A DNA stretch of 63,698 bases, the filler included, from Asterionella formosa (taxonomy: Eukaryota), in assembly GCA_002256025.1 (NCBI GenBank). It is 11 parts of 11 records of this genome, joined end to end, with 100 filler letters (N's around TTAATTAATTAA, not from the genome) between each part and the next. Parts side by side here need not be neighbours in the genome. Positions count along the whole stretch, not along the records: positions 1 to 17,939 come from NKIB01004217.1; 10 more parts are not named here. One strand, given 5' to 3'. Numbering within the stretch: the stretch's first letter is position 1; every line of letters starts with the position of its first letter. Made by a program: the position numbers and the translations under genes. This document shows positions 1-12,695 of this stretch, in pieces. Below the pieces are notes generated by a model that made no database searches, was not told the DNA's origin, and saw only the letters and a list, made by a program, of their open reading frames with translations.

Positions 1-629
1 ATCGTGAAGGAGACTCGGAACGGTCGCGATACCCGCTTGTCATTCCGATGCTGCTTCTGTCGGGGGATCGCATGATTTTAATCCAGTTCTGCTTACGCAA
101 TGCTGCCTCCTGATACTGCTGTTTGATGGATATTCGCGTTAAGCTATGATTGGATTCGCTGCAAAGGGCACCTCCGAACCAACAGCTCGATCTCGTCAGC
201 GAAAACCAGTGTTTTTGATTTGCAAAGTGGTACCGGCAGATGCAACATTTATTCGATACAAAAAAGGAATGATAAATTTGGTTACCGATAGTAAAGGCAA
301 AATCGCCAACCTTCTAGCCAGTGATAGCGCTATGAAATTGAACTCGTCGAGGATGCACATCTACAAAAATTCTATACAATACCGTATGTATAACAATATC
401 AGAAGTGTGCCTTTCGATTCAACGGATACACGATAAATCTGCCCTTCCGTTAGGCATTCGTTTGGAGCCAATAGTCTGTGCACCGGTATACGTGTACGAT
501 ACCCTTCTCTATTTATGTACCGGTACCTGGTACAGCAATGTGGAAAAGAATTGAGCGACTTTTTAATTACTGATACGACGCATGATTCTACACTGGTCAA
601 ATCACAAGTAGCAGGTATGGTCTTTGGTA

Positions 630-2205
630 CCTGGAAGGTCCGGTAGAGCACGTTTTATGCGTTGTACCTTTTCAGTTTCCACACAATCCCAACGGATCGT
701 CGCATGCCTGCCGAACGAGATTGACTGGCTTTTCATTCCAAACTCTCTTAAGTGACTTCATTCAATGTTACATTATCATTGATAAAATCCAAGTCGTTTC
801 CTGATCATTGAAATTGTGTTCACTACAACTACTGGTAATGGTATTCAGCAACTGAATGACGGTTTGCTAATGGAATTCACCAATCAAAAAAATCAGTAAC
901 TTCTAGTCGTAGTCAGCAATTTCTAGTCGCAGCCAGCAGTTTCTAGGCGCATTCAGCAGTCAGCAGTTTCTAGTCATAGTCAACAGTTTCTTGTTGTAGC
1001 CAGGAAATTCGTTGTCAACAGATTTCTAGTCGTAGCAGCAATCATAAACAAAAGAGTCATTTTGAAAAAGTCGATAGACTATTAATCAACATAACTTAAA
1101 TTGAGAATCAAATAAAATTTCGTTTGACCTACAGATTACGTTAGTGTAGCATGCTGCATACTGTAAAAGTGTCAAATCTGTTCATAACTTCGTCGTTTTG
1201 AATTTTGCATCATCTAAACTATGTGAAGCAATGCACAATCGGCGACTTCAATTTTCGCTGTCATTATCACTAGTGTTAGTATGACAATTATTTTTTACGA
1301 TTGATTTATCTATATTGTGTTAGATATATTTACCAGACAGCCGCATAGCATCATTTTCATTTTCCATGCAGAAATTCGCTATTTTCGACATGGTTAAGGT
1401 GGAGATGGCATGATGCAGGATTCTCCAGCTACACACAAGAACTAGACTGTGGCGTTTTATATACAGGAAGAAATCACAACATCTTCGCTAAATAATTGTT
1501 TACTAGCTCTAGCTATAAGGGCTAAGTTGGAGGTACCCTCAAAATATTTACCTGTATCCTATGTAGTCATATTATATATGTTTTATGTGATATACTATGT
1601 ATGATAGTATGTATTGCAAATAGTATAGTGGTGCCTGGTAAGCCGGTAGGCTGTTGCATCTGGAGTGATAAGAAGCAATGACTTTGACCATGTATGTAGG
1701 TATGACGTTATGTATGCTTATTTGTACTGGTTGCTTGTGTTCGTTCATGTATATACTTCATAGTTATAAGGAGGGTCATTCAGAAAATCTACCGATATTC
1801 TTATTGGCAAATTCAGCAAGGTTTTGTCATAATCAGCAAATTCTAGTTGTAGTAGGCAGCAAATTTTAGTAATTGTCGGCAAGTTCTATTCGTAGTCAGC
1901 ATATTCTAGTCAACGTCAGCAAGTTCTAAATGTAGAAAGGTAGAATTACTACTTGGATTCTGAAGCTAGAAGACGGTTTCTTGAACCCGTTCATCAGTCC
2001 TCAGCAAATCCGAGTCGTGTTCACAGACTGGTGCTGACTCTGCAAATCTTAATCATTCAAAAAGAATAACGTTTTCCTAAATTACTGAAGGAATATTATT
2101 TTAATCGAAGCTGGCCTATCTTGTCCAGCAGGCATGCGATGATCCATTGCGAGTGCGTCGAAACTGAAAGGTTCTCATAAAACGTGTGCTACCGGACCTT
2201 CCTGG
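630..2205. mobile_element. Non-autonomous TIR DNA transposon (~1.58 kb), TA target duplication, Tc1/mariner-type ends
   Basis: TA|CCTGGAAGGTCCGGTAG... at 628-646 and ...CTACCGGACCTTCCTGG|TA ending at 2207. Imperfect TIRs extend about 100 bp. Internal ~20-bp tandem repeats (TTCTAGTCGTAGTCAGCAAT-like) at ~895-1040 and ~1835-1930. No transposase ORF. A second copy of the left end lies at 47140-47466. Confidence 0.8.
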
Positions 2206-4798
2206 TACCGGCACTCACTAGGCCTGGCCTATTAGGTCAACTTGATACCACACAGTAAATACGAGATATCATGGTGGGCATACTATAGTATGTAGCAGGG
2301 AGCGAATGCACAGATAAGAAGCTCTCTGCCACTCTCTGTTGTCATTGTTGATGGCATATAACCATAATTTGTTCATTCCTAAGATTCCATGCATACATTT
2401 CTTAAAATAACTGTACATTCGTAAAAGGACCTTAAAAAACTGTACATAGCTGAAAGAAATAGTTGAATATGCCGAACAGATTGATAAATTGTCTGCTAAA
2501 CCTTTATTTTTCTCCCGATTTTGACTCCATCGAGAATTTGGGGGTATACCGGTAGTCAAAATTGAAACTCTATGAAAAATATGGAATTTCTGATAAGCCG
2601 TTCTTGAGCACCTCCCTTCCCTGCAACTGCAAGAGTGATCCCTGAAAATGCTTACCAGCAATTCCATTGTTTTGAAAAAGTTGACTTCCAGTGAAAAAAA
2701 ATTGAATTTATCATTATTTGAGAATTGTTGAATTCCTATCATGTAAATTTGTTAATCTGTGATAATATATACATTTAGCTTAGACAGCCAGTATTTAGCC
2801 TGGTATATATTGCAGTAAAAGAATTGAAACAATTGAGCAGGACCATCACCTTCTTCATCTTGTCCTCCTTACTTGAGCTGGTCTCTCATCTGATTTCTTG
2901 TTACTGTTGTTGCTTTATATAATGCATCTAAGGTAAGTTTTCATTGAGATGTGAATACCACAATAGCTGGGATGACAGTGATTGCTCTCAACGCTTGCAA
3001 ACACAACGCCATGATGAGCGAGTTTGTTCCTGATGTCAAGTACAATTGATTTTTTATCTAGCTAAATACATAGCAATACATGTCAACCACAATTATAGCC
3101 TTGTTAATAGACTAGCAGCTGTATTTAGAATAATGGCTTCCATTCTTCAAGGATTTGCTCTTTGATAATCCTACGATGAAACCATCATGTTCAGCAGTTG
3201 TTTCATCTCAGAAGAGGACGAGTCTCAAAAAAACTTGTTACTAATTAACCAAATCAAAAATCAGTTTACTATAGGAAAGGACTACACATTTCAAGTTGGT
3301 GAATACTAGATCAATGTTCATGTTTGTGCATGTGAAGTGCTCCATGTAACCGGGATGGCTGGAATCATGCTCAGGTTACCCAAAGTAGCCCTGGTCGGCA
3401 CTAGTACTATATAAATCTTTAGCTTCGATGATGTGAAAAAAAACACTGTAGTCGTTGTAATTGGCTGAAAATGCCTGCATCATCATGTCATCTCAGCCTT
3501 TACTAAGAAGCATGGCAAACATGATATTAAATATGTCCACGAAAATTGAGAATGAAGCGTTGCTATCTGCCTGGTAGCTATATTAAGCACAAAATAGACA
3601 ATACAATAGTAAAAGAATTAATGTCGTTACACTTATATCGACAACAAAAATTCAATGACACATTTTTCATGTAGTTTAGAGATGCACAATCCTAAATGAC
3701 AATGTTACAAACAGATTTGACACTTTCACAGTAGCTGCGCAAAAAATACAATAATATCAATAACAATAAATTGATTAATTGAGAAATCAAAAGAGGTGAA
3801 AGGATTCAATTATCATCTGAAAATTGATTCTTAATAATATCAGCAATTTGTGAAGGTGCGAATGCAGGAAACAGCGCCAACAAATATGAGGTATGTCAGA
3901 ACCTACAACTTTGCTTGGCACTGCTGCTCCACTTTGATGTTTCTACTCATACTTGCAATAATTCAAATGTCGGTAGTCGAAGAAGCAGATGAACGAAATA
4001 ACAAGCAAGGATAGAAAAGTAAGAATGGATGAGTGCCATGGTGATGGGCTTTAGCAAGACAAATATGATTGCTGTAAATATAGTTGATAGGGTTTGTATA
4101 GCTAGTTAAGGTCTCTGCATTTGAAGCAACCCGTAGGCAAAAATTATAAGATTGCATAAAGTTGCCGAAATTCCCTGGCGGAACTACAAATTTTTATGAT
4201 ATAATTTTGAATGACATGATTCGATTTGAAATATTTAAATCTGTGGAAATTTGCGCATATTTACATAAATTCCTTTTCGAAATCGCAAAATTATAAATTA
4301 TACATGAACAGTCTTTATTGCTCTATGTGCATACTATGCCCTACACTACTACGAACAGATCAACATACTATATGTGTCATATGACCCGGTGCATTCTAGT
4401 ACTGGTGTGTTTACAATCACTGGGTGCGCTTCGAAATTAAAAAAATATTATATAATGTGTATTATACCGGTAACATAAGTTACTGTACTAATAACCCCAA
4501 AATTTGTGTTTGTGTTGACCAAATTTAGTAACTCCGGTTTGCACCTTTTTTTCTGTTAGAAATAACACAATATAGAAATTTGTTTATCCATGAATGACTA
4601 CCGGTACATATGATTTCCTGGAATATTTCATGACTTGCATGCTCATACCCGAAATGGCTTGTGTGCATTCTTTCAGACACCTACACCTTCGCTTGCTCTT
4701 GCTAAAATAGGAACCTGATGGTAATATGCATGTATATGTACACATCAATGAGCTTTCTGTACATTTTTTGTCATTCTCTGTTTTAGATCATTGCGACG

Positions 4799-6092
4799 AT
4801 GTCATCATCGTCTTCCAGGCAAAGGAGACCAGCCAGAGAGGGTGTCCCTTTCTTCACAAGGTTGAGAGAACGTCGCCGTCTCGAGCAGGAACAAGAGTTG
4901 CAATACCAAGATGAGGAAGAGAAAGAAGATGACGCCGATGAAGACTCCAGTGATGATGACAGCAGGGCTGATGCCTCTGGTGGCTCTCTGATTGGTGTCT
5001 CTCAGCTTTCATCAAGGAACAATGACAGCAATTCGTAGCATCACAGTACAAGTGCAACCGTAGCTACAAAGAGTTACAAAAAGGACAACTGTGGGTATCA
5101 ATAGCAGGCGAGATCAACCACCAAAATTTCCAAAGAAGACCCGCCGCAACCTGCAGAGTTGGGGGCAGCAGTTTAGGTTGAACGAGGTCACGTCATTGTT
5201 GGAGACTGTTCTGACACATCTTCCAATTGGATCACATGAATGGGAATGTGTAGCATCCAAGTGCAATGAAAATTTTCCAGACAAGGATCGAACTGGAACT
5301 TCAATTCGGCGAAAGTTTGCACAACTAAATAAAGTGAAAATGCCAACTGGTGACCCAACATGTCCTGCTGAGGTCCGATATTTTAAGCAAGTATTCCGAA
5401 AAAAGAGGAGATGCTAGTGGTTAAGTTGATTCTACAGACCCTGGGATAGTGCCTAGAAGATGGCAACAATGTCAATGATGAATTCATGGTACTTGAGGAC
5501 AGTCAAGACAATGCTGAAGCGGTTGAAACTTCAAAACAATTATACTGCAAAGGCTTCTGATTTCATTGGAGCAACTCCTGATTGTTCCGCTCCTGAAGCA
5601 GCTCCTGCTGTATCCACTGGAGCAACTGTTAGAAGATCTGCTTCTACAAGATTTTCTCGCCTTATGGTGTCCCCTCGGCACAGGGATAAACCTATGTCAA
5701 ACAGTCTTGACAAAATATTGGCTCTAGTTTCAAAACAATTGCTTCAAAAAGCGGACAAGAATGATAATATTCCAATGAAGATGCAAATGCAGCAACAACA
5801 GGAACAGCAACAGAACATGATGAACATGATGATGATGTCAATCATGTCATCCATGCTGAACCATGGGACATCACAAACAACCACCTCAACTACCATTGTC
5901 TAACCCATTCGGGCAATGATGAATTCAATGATAGCTTTGAATGTGCTATCAATGCAGCAATCATTGTAATCTCCAAGCACAACAACGCCGAGTACAAATG
6001 CACAACCATCTTCATCTGCATCTATAGAATTTCAAACCCCAAATGATAGTAATGATGGTGACAAAGAAATCAGTAGTAGTGATGATGAATAA
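4799..6092 (+). pseudogene. Decayed DUF6818-like (Myb/SANT-like) gene, probable accessory ORF of a PIF/Harbinger-type element
   Basis: ORF pieces 4799-5038, 5091-5417 and 5460-5903 join through stops and frameshifts. Motif LLETVLTHLPIGSHEWECVA...RTGTSIRRKFAQLNKVKMPTGDPTCPAEVR matches the pattern I recall for DUF6818. Gln/Met-rich tail. Paralog at 24280-24824. Confidence 0.65.
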
Positions 6093-6414
6093 GTTAAATG
6101 AATATAGTAAATCTAAGTCTTTGAAAAATTACTCAATGACTTAAAATGCATATCTGTTAGCACTTCTATGCAAATAGGGCAATTAATACCGAATCAATTT
6201 GATTCTGACCGATGTTACATGTGCATCCAGTGTGGCCAGCATGGATTAGCACGACTGTGCAAGAAAGCGGGTCAATCAAATTACATACTTTGCTTGTCAC
6301 CCAGCACTACCTTGTACCACTGCTAGGACAAGTTCTACTGGTAATGACTGTTCTTTGATTTCTTTGGTCCTGTATGTAGATGTTAAACTCCTGTCTGACG
6401 ACGCACGTCTTCCC

Positions 6415-6590
6415 TGTTACACCACTAGTTTTGTTATCTTCTTTCTGCTGCTAGCCTTCGTGATAGTTTTCACTATTGACCTTACTCTGTCAATTCTCAC
6501 TGTTTCTTAATTATAAGCTTAAATTAAAACTAAGTTTCAATCCCATTCATCATACTTCAAGAACCTGTTCTTTGTGTTCCCTTTTCGAGT
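6415..6590 (-). mobile_element. Fragment of Ty1/copia LTR
   Basis: Reverse complement resembles 18365-18556, and the same strand resembles 56870-57065 (CTGCTAGCCTT...ATTGACCTT...TGTCAATT...ACTGTTTC). Begins TGTTAC. Confidence 0.6.
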
Positions 6591-6882
6591 TCTCCTATTC
6601 GTTTGATTAGTTCGACTAAACCTATTCCATGCCTTAGGAGAATCAAACTTCCAGGTCTTGTTAACCAAATAGGTCAGCAGGTGGTGGATCTGTCAATATT
6701 CTCATTGAAGGCAGTCGAGGTACTGAGATACGAACCCTTTTATGTTGACAAAATTTGCTGGTAATGGGTCACAGCCGTACATAAATTTTTATCTATAATT
6801 GTAAATAATTTTAAATATAATTACGATCATGGATTACCCTGTTTGGTTTTCGCAAAATTATTTTTAAGAATTTTCGTGTCCA
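6587..6882. repeat. Dispersed ~300-bp repeat, copy 1
   Basis: Highly similar to 35563-35854 (e.g. GAGAATCAAACTTCCAGGTCTTGTTAACCAAA, GTCGAGGTACTGAGATACGAACCCTTTTATGT, GTTTGGTTTTCGCAAAATTATTTTTAAGAATTTTCG). Confidence 0.85.
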
Positions 6883-7923
6883 GATTTATCTGAGTACCAG
6901 GGTACCACTGGTACATACCGGTACATCATAATCACACACAAATATATTCAGCCATCAACACTTACCGATATGTACCAGGTACCAGTATTGGTAGGGTACC
7001 ACTTAAAAACTTATTACAGCCCAAAGGTTGCTGTCGACGCGAAATTGCGAAAAATGGAAAATTTCATGTTAACTCTACTGAGCTGGCATCGTCTTTCTAC
7101 ACGTGCACATGTATATGGAGAAATTCTTGTCATAGAATGAATTTACCGGTAGTATTATTAAATGTGTGTATGACGTCATGGTGCTTTCGAATACATTATG
7201 CATCAGAAGAATTCGGTGATGATGCAGGCGCAAAAAGCATACTGCATCGCGCAAAAAGGTAAAGTAATACAAAAATAGTTTCTGTAGTATAAACGGAGTA
7301 AAAATAATCACGGTTTTGGGGGAAAATATACTCATGTATGGATAGAAAAATATGCACTGTAAGCCACCGCTATGCAACAATCTTAATGACTTGAAAAAAA
7401 CTAGATCTTCATGGCTTTATACACTGAATCGAAACTGATTACTTATTCGTAGAATAAAGTGCATCGTGTAATATACCCTTCGTACTTTTATCAGGTTTTG
7501 ATTGTTATATTACTACTACTTGAATATTTTTAGTCAGAAGTTGGAGTAAAATAACGGTGGTTTACAGTTTTTGATTTTACCAATCAGGATTCAGTACATC
7601 TAATACGTGTATTTCAAGTGCGGGATACTTCAGCGAATCTGAAGAAGGTGAATAAATTCAATTCAATCAATCAGAATATGTGTAGTGACGTGGGAACTTT
7701 CCCTGGAGTCTTTTCGGACTGAGAATTATTCAGCGAAACATACCTACGCAAGACTCCAAGTATACGAGAACGTTTTCAAACGTACAAATTCTGATTCCAA
7801 TATTTTGGCGACTGTTGAAAAAGCCGATCGGGTCGGCTTTTTGGAGGAGGATTGCTCTACATCTACGGGGTTTCATGAAGTATTAAATAGATAGCCGTGT
7901 ACCCTATAATGTCAGGATTTAAC

Positions 7924-8041
7924 TTCTGCAGAGAAGTGGCAGTTATCCCACGTAGATTTTTTTAAAAGCTTGATGGCCCCCTTTTTGACTTTTTTGGATA
8001 GTTACAATTCCAAGAGGGATAACTGCCACATCTCTCCAGAA
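7924..8041. repeat. Inverted repeat, 26-bp arms (small MITE-like hairpin)
   Basis: TTCTGCAGAGAAGTGGCAGTTATCCC (7924-7949) pairs with GGGATAACTGCCACATCTCTCCAGAA (8016-8041), 2 mismatches. Confidence 0.7.
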
Positions 8042-8749
8042 ATGAGGTCCTTACCATTTCTGAATATAGATCATACCCATAAGTCGAGGAATGACTGTAT
8101 CTAAGCATATGCAAAGTGGTCGTATTGGTGAAAGCTAATTTTACTTTTAACTTTTTTATTTAGTTGTTCGTACTGTGTAGATTAAAGTACATGATGAAAT
8201 TATTTTGGAAGAAAACAGACCTTGCGATGTGTAACTGTGGGGCCGCAACCTTAAGTGGTACACACTTTCTTTGCATTGTTGTATTGGGGCTGATGGCTCA
8301 AGTTACTTACTTAAGCAATATCAGGGGATAGGATAGGTTTATGACAAGAATCATCCGCAAAATAAATCGCATGCGATATTTTTGTATATAGTTATCACAA
8401 AACAAAGAATCCTTAAAACATTGGGTAATCCGTGTTCTGGCAATATTTTCGTCGATCGCACTTTTCAACCAATATTTAGGAGAGACAAATTGCTATAAAC
8501 TTATATCTAATGGCATATCCTTTTTAAAGCGTACATGGTCAGGATTTGGGTCGAAGTTTTAAAATTAACATATTGGCATTTGGTGGGGTCAAACCGTGTT
8601 TTCCTCCTGTTCAGTGAGTGGGTCACAGCGGTTCCAAATATTTTTTAATGGGTCGCTCACAGGAGGTTTTTACCGGTACCTGGTACAGTACTTTTGTCAC
8701 GCAGCACTACTACCTGGTACCCTTACGTACTAGGACTACACTACGTCAA

Positions 8750-8850
8750 CAGCAAGTGCGTTGCGGTAATTTTGCTGTAACTAACAATTTAATATGGGAT
8801 AAAGATAGCTAAACATTTGGTTTCAGCAAAATTACCGCTACTTCCACAGG
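8750..8850. mobile_element. ~100-bp MITE, diverged copy of the family at 41814
   Basis: TTGCGGTAATTTTGCT...GGGATAAAGATAGCTAAA...AGCAAAATTACCGC, collinear with 41814-41909 and 53696-53791. Confidence 0.75.
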
Positions 8851-9208
8851 AAGAAAACGCTGAGTTTAATTTTTTTGTCCTGTCGTATGTACCGGTATTT
8901 GATGTGAAGCAAGCTTCATCACTGTGACCTCACCCATTCGAACCATATCAGGTGGCTTACCAGTACCCTCGTACCAGGTACCATAATATGGCGGAGTTCC
9001 CATCCAATGGTCTATAGACTTCGAAAGTGTCAGGAATGCGAATCCTGCTGTCCTCGTCTCACAAGCACAAGTCACGGTATACTGTTTTTCTGTAGGAGTT
9101 GGATCATTAGTAACAGCAGGCCACCAGGAACAAAACGAAAGCTCACAAAATTTCAAACATCAAACATATAAATTTCCTCTACGAACACAGAACAAAACTA
9201 CAATCATC

Positions 9209-9412
9209 ATGAACAGGAACAACGGAATGAAGAAAGGACGTGAAGGCACCATTCGCCGACCCAACAGGAAGATGGAACAACGCATGCCGATGCAACAAAT
9301 GAAAATCAATCGCCGCAAACGAATGAACATGAACTACAAGAATCCGAATATGCTTTCCATGAAGGAGATCCTGCAGTCTCAAAGCAAAAAGAGAGTTTTC
9401 AACATTTTGTGA
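9209..9412 (+). CDS. Small, highly basic Arg/Lys/Met-rich hypothetical protein (67 aa)
   Basis: ATG in CAATCATCATG context after an A/C-rich leader. Strong compositional bias. No family recognised. Confidence 0.45.
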   Translation: MNRNNGMKKGREGTIRRPNRKMEQRMPMQQMKINRRKRMNMNYKNPNMLSMKEILQSQSKKRVFNIL

Positions 9413-10091
9413 GCATAGTCAACGACGAGCTCCATATATACAAGTACATACTCCGCACATAAGCTTATTTAGCGTACATTGATTATTCCTTCCTAACCAC
9501 CATCGTCGTGAATATTGTCAAAACAATTGCTCAGCAGCTCCGCAGTTTTTCCAAATCGTGTTACCGGTACTAGGTACCAGGTACACTACCGGTATCTTAT
9601 ACCAGTACCGTACCTACTCCCCTGTTCTTTCAGTTGATTGTCTTGACTAAAATACTGGTATTGTACGTTTCTAATTTAGTTCCTCCCCTACCGGTAGATA
9701 CAAATGATGATGTACATTCATATCTTACCCTGTAGCCCTGTAGTACTAGTACCAGGTACCTAGTAGAGTGCATACAGACGTACCAGATGCTCGAAGATAG
9801 CTACAGTACGGTAACCTACCTGCACCGTGCTCCCTTACGCTCCCTGGGTGGTTTGTCCATACGTCGGCGGAGATTCAACAAAGATTCATAGCAGACGTAC
9901 GAATGACTAAATACATGAAGGTTCAATGGTACCCCTGGTACCTACCGGTAGTCTATGAAATACAAATAGCTATTCGGTAGCTATCGGTAGCTATCGGTAG
10001 CAGTCGATGAATTTTGATCCGAGCGCCGCACCCATGATGTCATTGTGAATCCCGATACGCACTGCATTACTATGTACTGGTAACTGGTACC

Positions 10092-11828
10092 ATGGTACGG
10101 GAACATGGTAGCTATAGAGCGCCATCGACGGCTTGTAGGACGATGGTGCGACTAAATCAGATGTCATGGTTCCTTCTAGTTGGGGTGATGGTGGGGCACA
10201 TGACGAGACACCCATCAGTCTCCGCCCACCCTGATCGGCGCCGTGAATGGAGTCCCAATGCACCAGAATCGTTTGCAACAACTCATGCTTCCGTCAAGGA
10301 GATTGCAAATGCCGTTGCACTTCTCCGATCTGTCGGATTGGACGACCTGTGCCACCCGAATTCGGACCAATTCACACCTTTTCTTCCTCAATGTCAATCG
10401 CCACTTGAAAATCGGCGTCTGAAGAAGAAAGCGTACAAAGACAAGAGCGATTGGTTCTTCATTGCCAACGGATTGTGTGCCTTTCTTTGTGTGCTCGTGG
10501 CTGCACTGGCTGCTGGCCTGACGATGGGCATGATGAGTTTGGATCCAATGACGCTGTTGATCAAAATGCGAGCTGCCTTGACCGAACAGGAGCAGCTGAA
10601 AGCGGCGTCGTTGCTGCCACTGGTCAAGCAACATCATAGGCTATTAGTTACCCTTTTGCTGTTGAATTCAATTGCCAACGAAGCTTTGCCCCTATTTTTG
10701 GATAGGTTGGTACCATCATGGGCTGCTGTGGTGTGCAGTGTTACGTTAGTACTGTTTTTTGGTGAGATTATTCCATCGGCAATCTTCACTGGACCGAACC
10801 AGATCAATATCTCGTCGCAGTTGGTGCCCGTGGTGAAACTCGTCATGCTGCTCTTGTCACCAGTGGCATACCCGATAGCTGCTTTGCTGGATTTATTTTT
10901 ACACGACGATGACAAAGGGTCATTTTACAACCGTGGTGAATTGACAGCCCTTGTTCGTATCCAATACGAAGAACGATTAGCCGCCAAGAAGCGTGATAGG
11001 GTGAATAAGCATTTGTTGTCAGATCAATTGGAACTGGAAGGACTGTTTGAGGCGGAACAGTTTGCGTGGAAGAAGCAAAACAAAATACAAATCGCTGCTA
11101 CAAATCGATCAGTGGAACCGACAACTGTTACTGTCGGTGAATCAATGGCGTTACTTAACATAGCACCTGAATCGGCGTACTCTAGCATTCGCACACTGGT
11201 TTCGGCTGGTTCCTCTATACAAGGAGATGAAGTCGCTATTCTTGAAGGAGCCTTACAGATGAAAACCAAGACCGCTATGAATATCTTGACTCCAATAAAT
11301 CATATGTTTGCAATTCCCTATGATATGGTGCTCAAAAAGGACAACATGGTTAAAATTTATAGGTCAGGGTACAGTCGAGTCCCCGTTTATGAAGAACGTC
11401 TAGGAAAGGAAAAGGATCAAACGGCCATTCGAGGTTTCCTCTTGACAAAGCACTTGATTGTTGTCAATAGTAAGCATAAAAGGATCGTCCATTCATTGCC
11501 ATTGCAAATTCCAGATTGTGTCTCCCCAAAGACAAACCTGGTTGATTTGATGCACCTCTTCCAAGGGGGCCGCACAGGATGCCGCGGTGGCCATATGGCA
11601 CTGGTTTGCACTAAACCCGAGCTGGCACATGACGCTCTTGAAGCAGGAAAGGCTATCCCTGATGACTGTGGGTTCATCGGTATTGTGACGTTGGAGGATG
11701 TCATTGAAGAGCTCCTGCAGGAGGAGATTTACGACGAAATGGATGGACACGAAAAAAAGGAGCTGCAATTGGCGCGATGGGTCTGGAGGAAGTGGAGAAA
11801 GTATGGAACGCGAAAAAAAGAGGGATAG
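10092..11828 (+). CDS. CNNM/DUF21 + CBS-pair metal (Mg2+) transport-related membrane protein (Mam3/CNNM-like)
   Basis: AGLTMGMMSLD, HRLLVTLLLLNSIANEALPLFLD, FGEIIPSA, GYSRVPVY and GIVTLEDVIEELLQEEIYDE. The true start may be a downstream Met such as MSWFLLVG. Confidence 0.93.
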   Translation: MVREHGSYRAPSTACRTMVRLNQMSWFLLVGVMVGHMTRHPSVSAHPDRRREWSPNAPESFATTHASVKEIANAVALLRSVGLDDLCHPNSDQFTPFLPQCQSPLENRRLKKKAYKDKSDWFFIANGLCAFLCVLVAALAAGLTMGMMSLDPMTLLIKMRAALTEQEQLKAASLLPLVKQHHRLLVTLLLLNSIANEALPLFLDRLVPSWAAVVCSVTLVLFFGEIIPSAIFTGPNQINISSQLVPVVKLVMLLLSPVAYPIAALLDLFLHDDDKGSFYNRGELTALVRIQYEERLAAKKRDRVNKHLLSDQLELEGLFEAEQFAWKKQNKIQIAATNRSVEPTTVTVGESMALLNIAPESAYSSIRTLVSAGSSIQGDEVAILEGALQMKTKTAMNILTPINHMFAIPYDMVLKKDNMVKIYRSGYSRVPVYEERLGKEKDQTAIRGFLLTKHLIVVNSKHKRIVHSLPLQIPDCVSPKTNLVDLMHLFQGGRTGCRGGHMALVCTKPELAHDALEAGKAIPDDCGFIGIVTLEDVIEELLQEEIYDEMDGHEKKELQLARWVWRKWRKYGTRKKEG

Positions 11829-12695
11829 AATTGCAATGGAAGAATTGCAACCCTTGAATGGCACAGTTTTTCACAGTAAGGTCAGTCATGGCGAAGAAAA
11901 TACGAGTCGCAATATGGCATTGTTTAGATCATCAGGCAACGACACTAGTTTTGGTTCATCACTTCTCTAGAACACAAAGAATATTATCTTTATAATGTGA
12001 ACCTATCTCTTCATGTCGAAATGAAGCCGCAGCAAACAACACCGAACAGTCCATCAGCATAACAAATGATACTGATCTCAATTGCTGTCCACAAATGGCA
12101 GATTGATCGCGCGAATGAGATAACCAAGAACATCAAAACATTTTGTTTCATTTACAAACACACATAAAGCAGGCGAGTAGTTCGTGTGTGGGTTTCCTGA
12201 CTTGTTTACAATTTTCTCTTTGTCAGCTTCGAATCTAGGGAAGCCTTATTTTCGAAGAGTATCAGCCTGCCATGTTGATTCTTTTTTCGTTATGAAGTGA
12301 AGGCACGCAACAATCATTAGGAACCCCCAGTGGAGTTGCAAGAGACAGAAATGCGTTGTTTTTGAACGGGATTGAGCGCATGTCCCAATGCTTGAGAAGC
12401 CTCGTGGAAGCACTTGAGGCGAAAAAAAACATTCGCATCACAGAAAATGAATGCGTGCGCTTCTTTGCTCAACTAAATAGGAACTACATCCATGACCTGG
12501 CCGTGAGCAGGCTAGTTGACAATGGTTTCCAAATAATCATGTATGATTCTCTTTGACGGCAGCAAATTTTGACAACAAACTTGACATGAAAACAATATAT
12601 TACTTCTGCAGATAACAATATCAACTGTCTCGTGCTTAATATTTCTTTTTCAATTTTCAATAGGGGTTCATTGATCGCATCATGTGTCATAGAGT

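Noticed and set aside
1..73. Possible truncated gene start on the minus strand (MRSPDRSS...)
   Set aside because: Only 24 codons at the window edge, with no recognisable motif.
895..1040. ~20-bp repeats that could suggest a CRISPR array
   Set aside because: Head-to-tail degenerate units without unique spacers, inside a TIR element, eukaryotic context, no cas genes.
11811..11820. Programmed -1 frameshift at A-AAA-AAA in CNNM
   Set aside because: The -1 frame closes after about 13 codons. The plausible extension is in the +1 frame, which fits an indel better.
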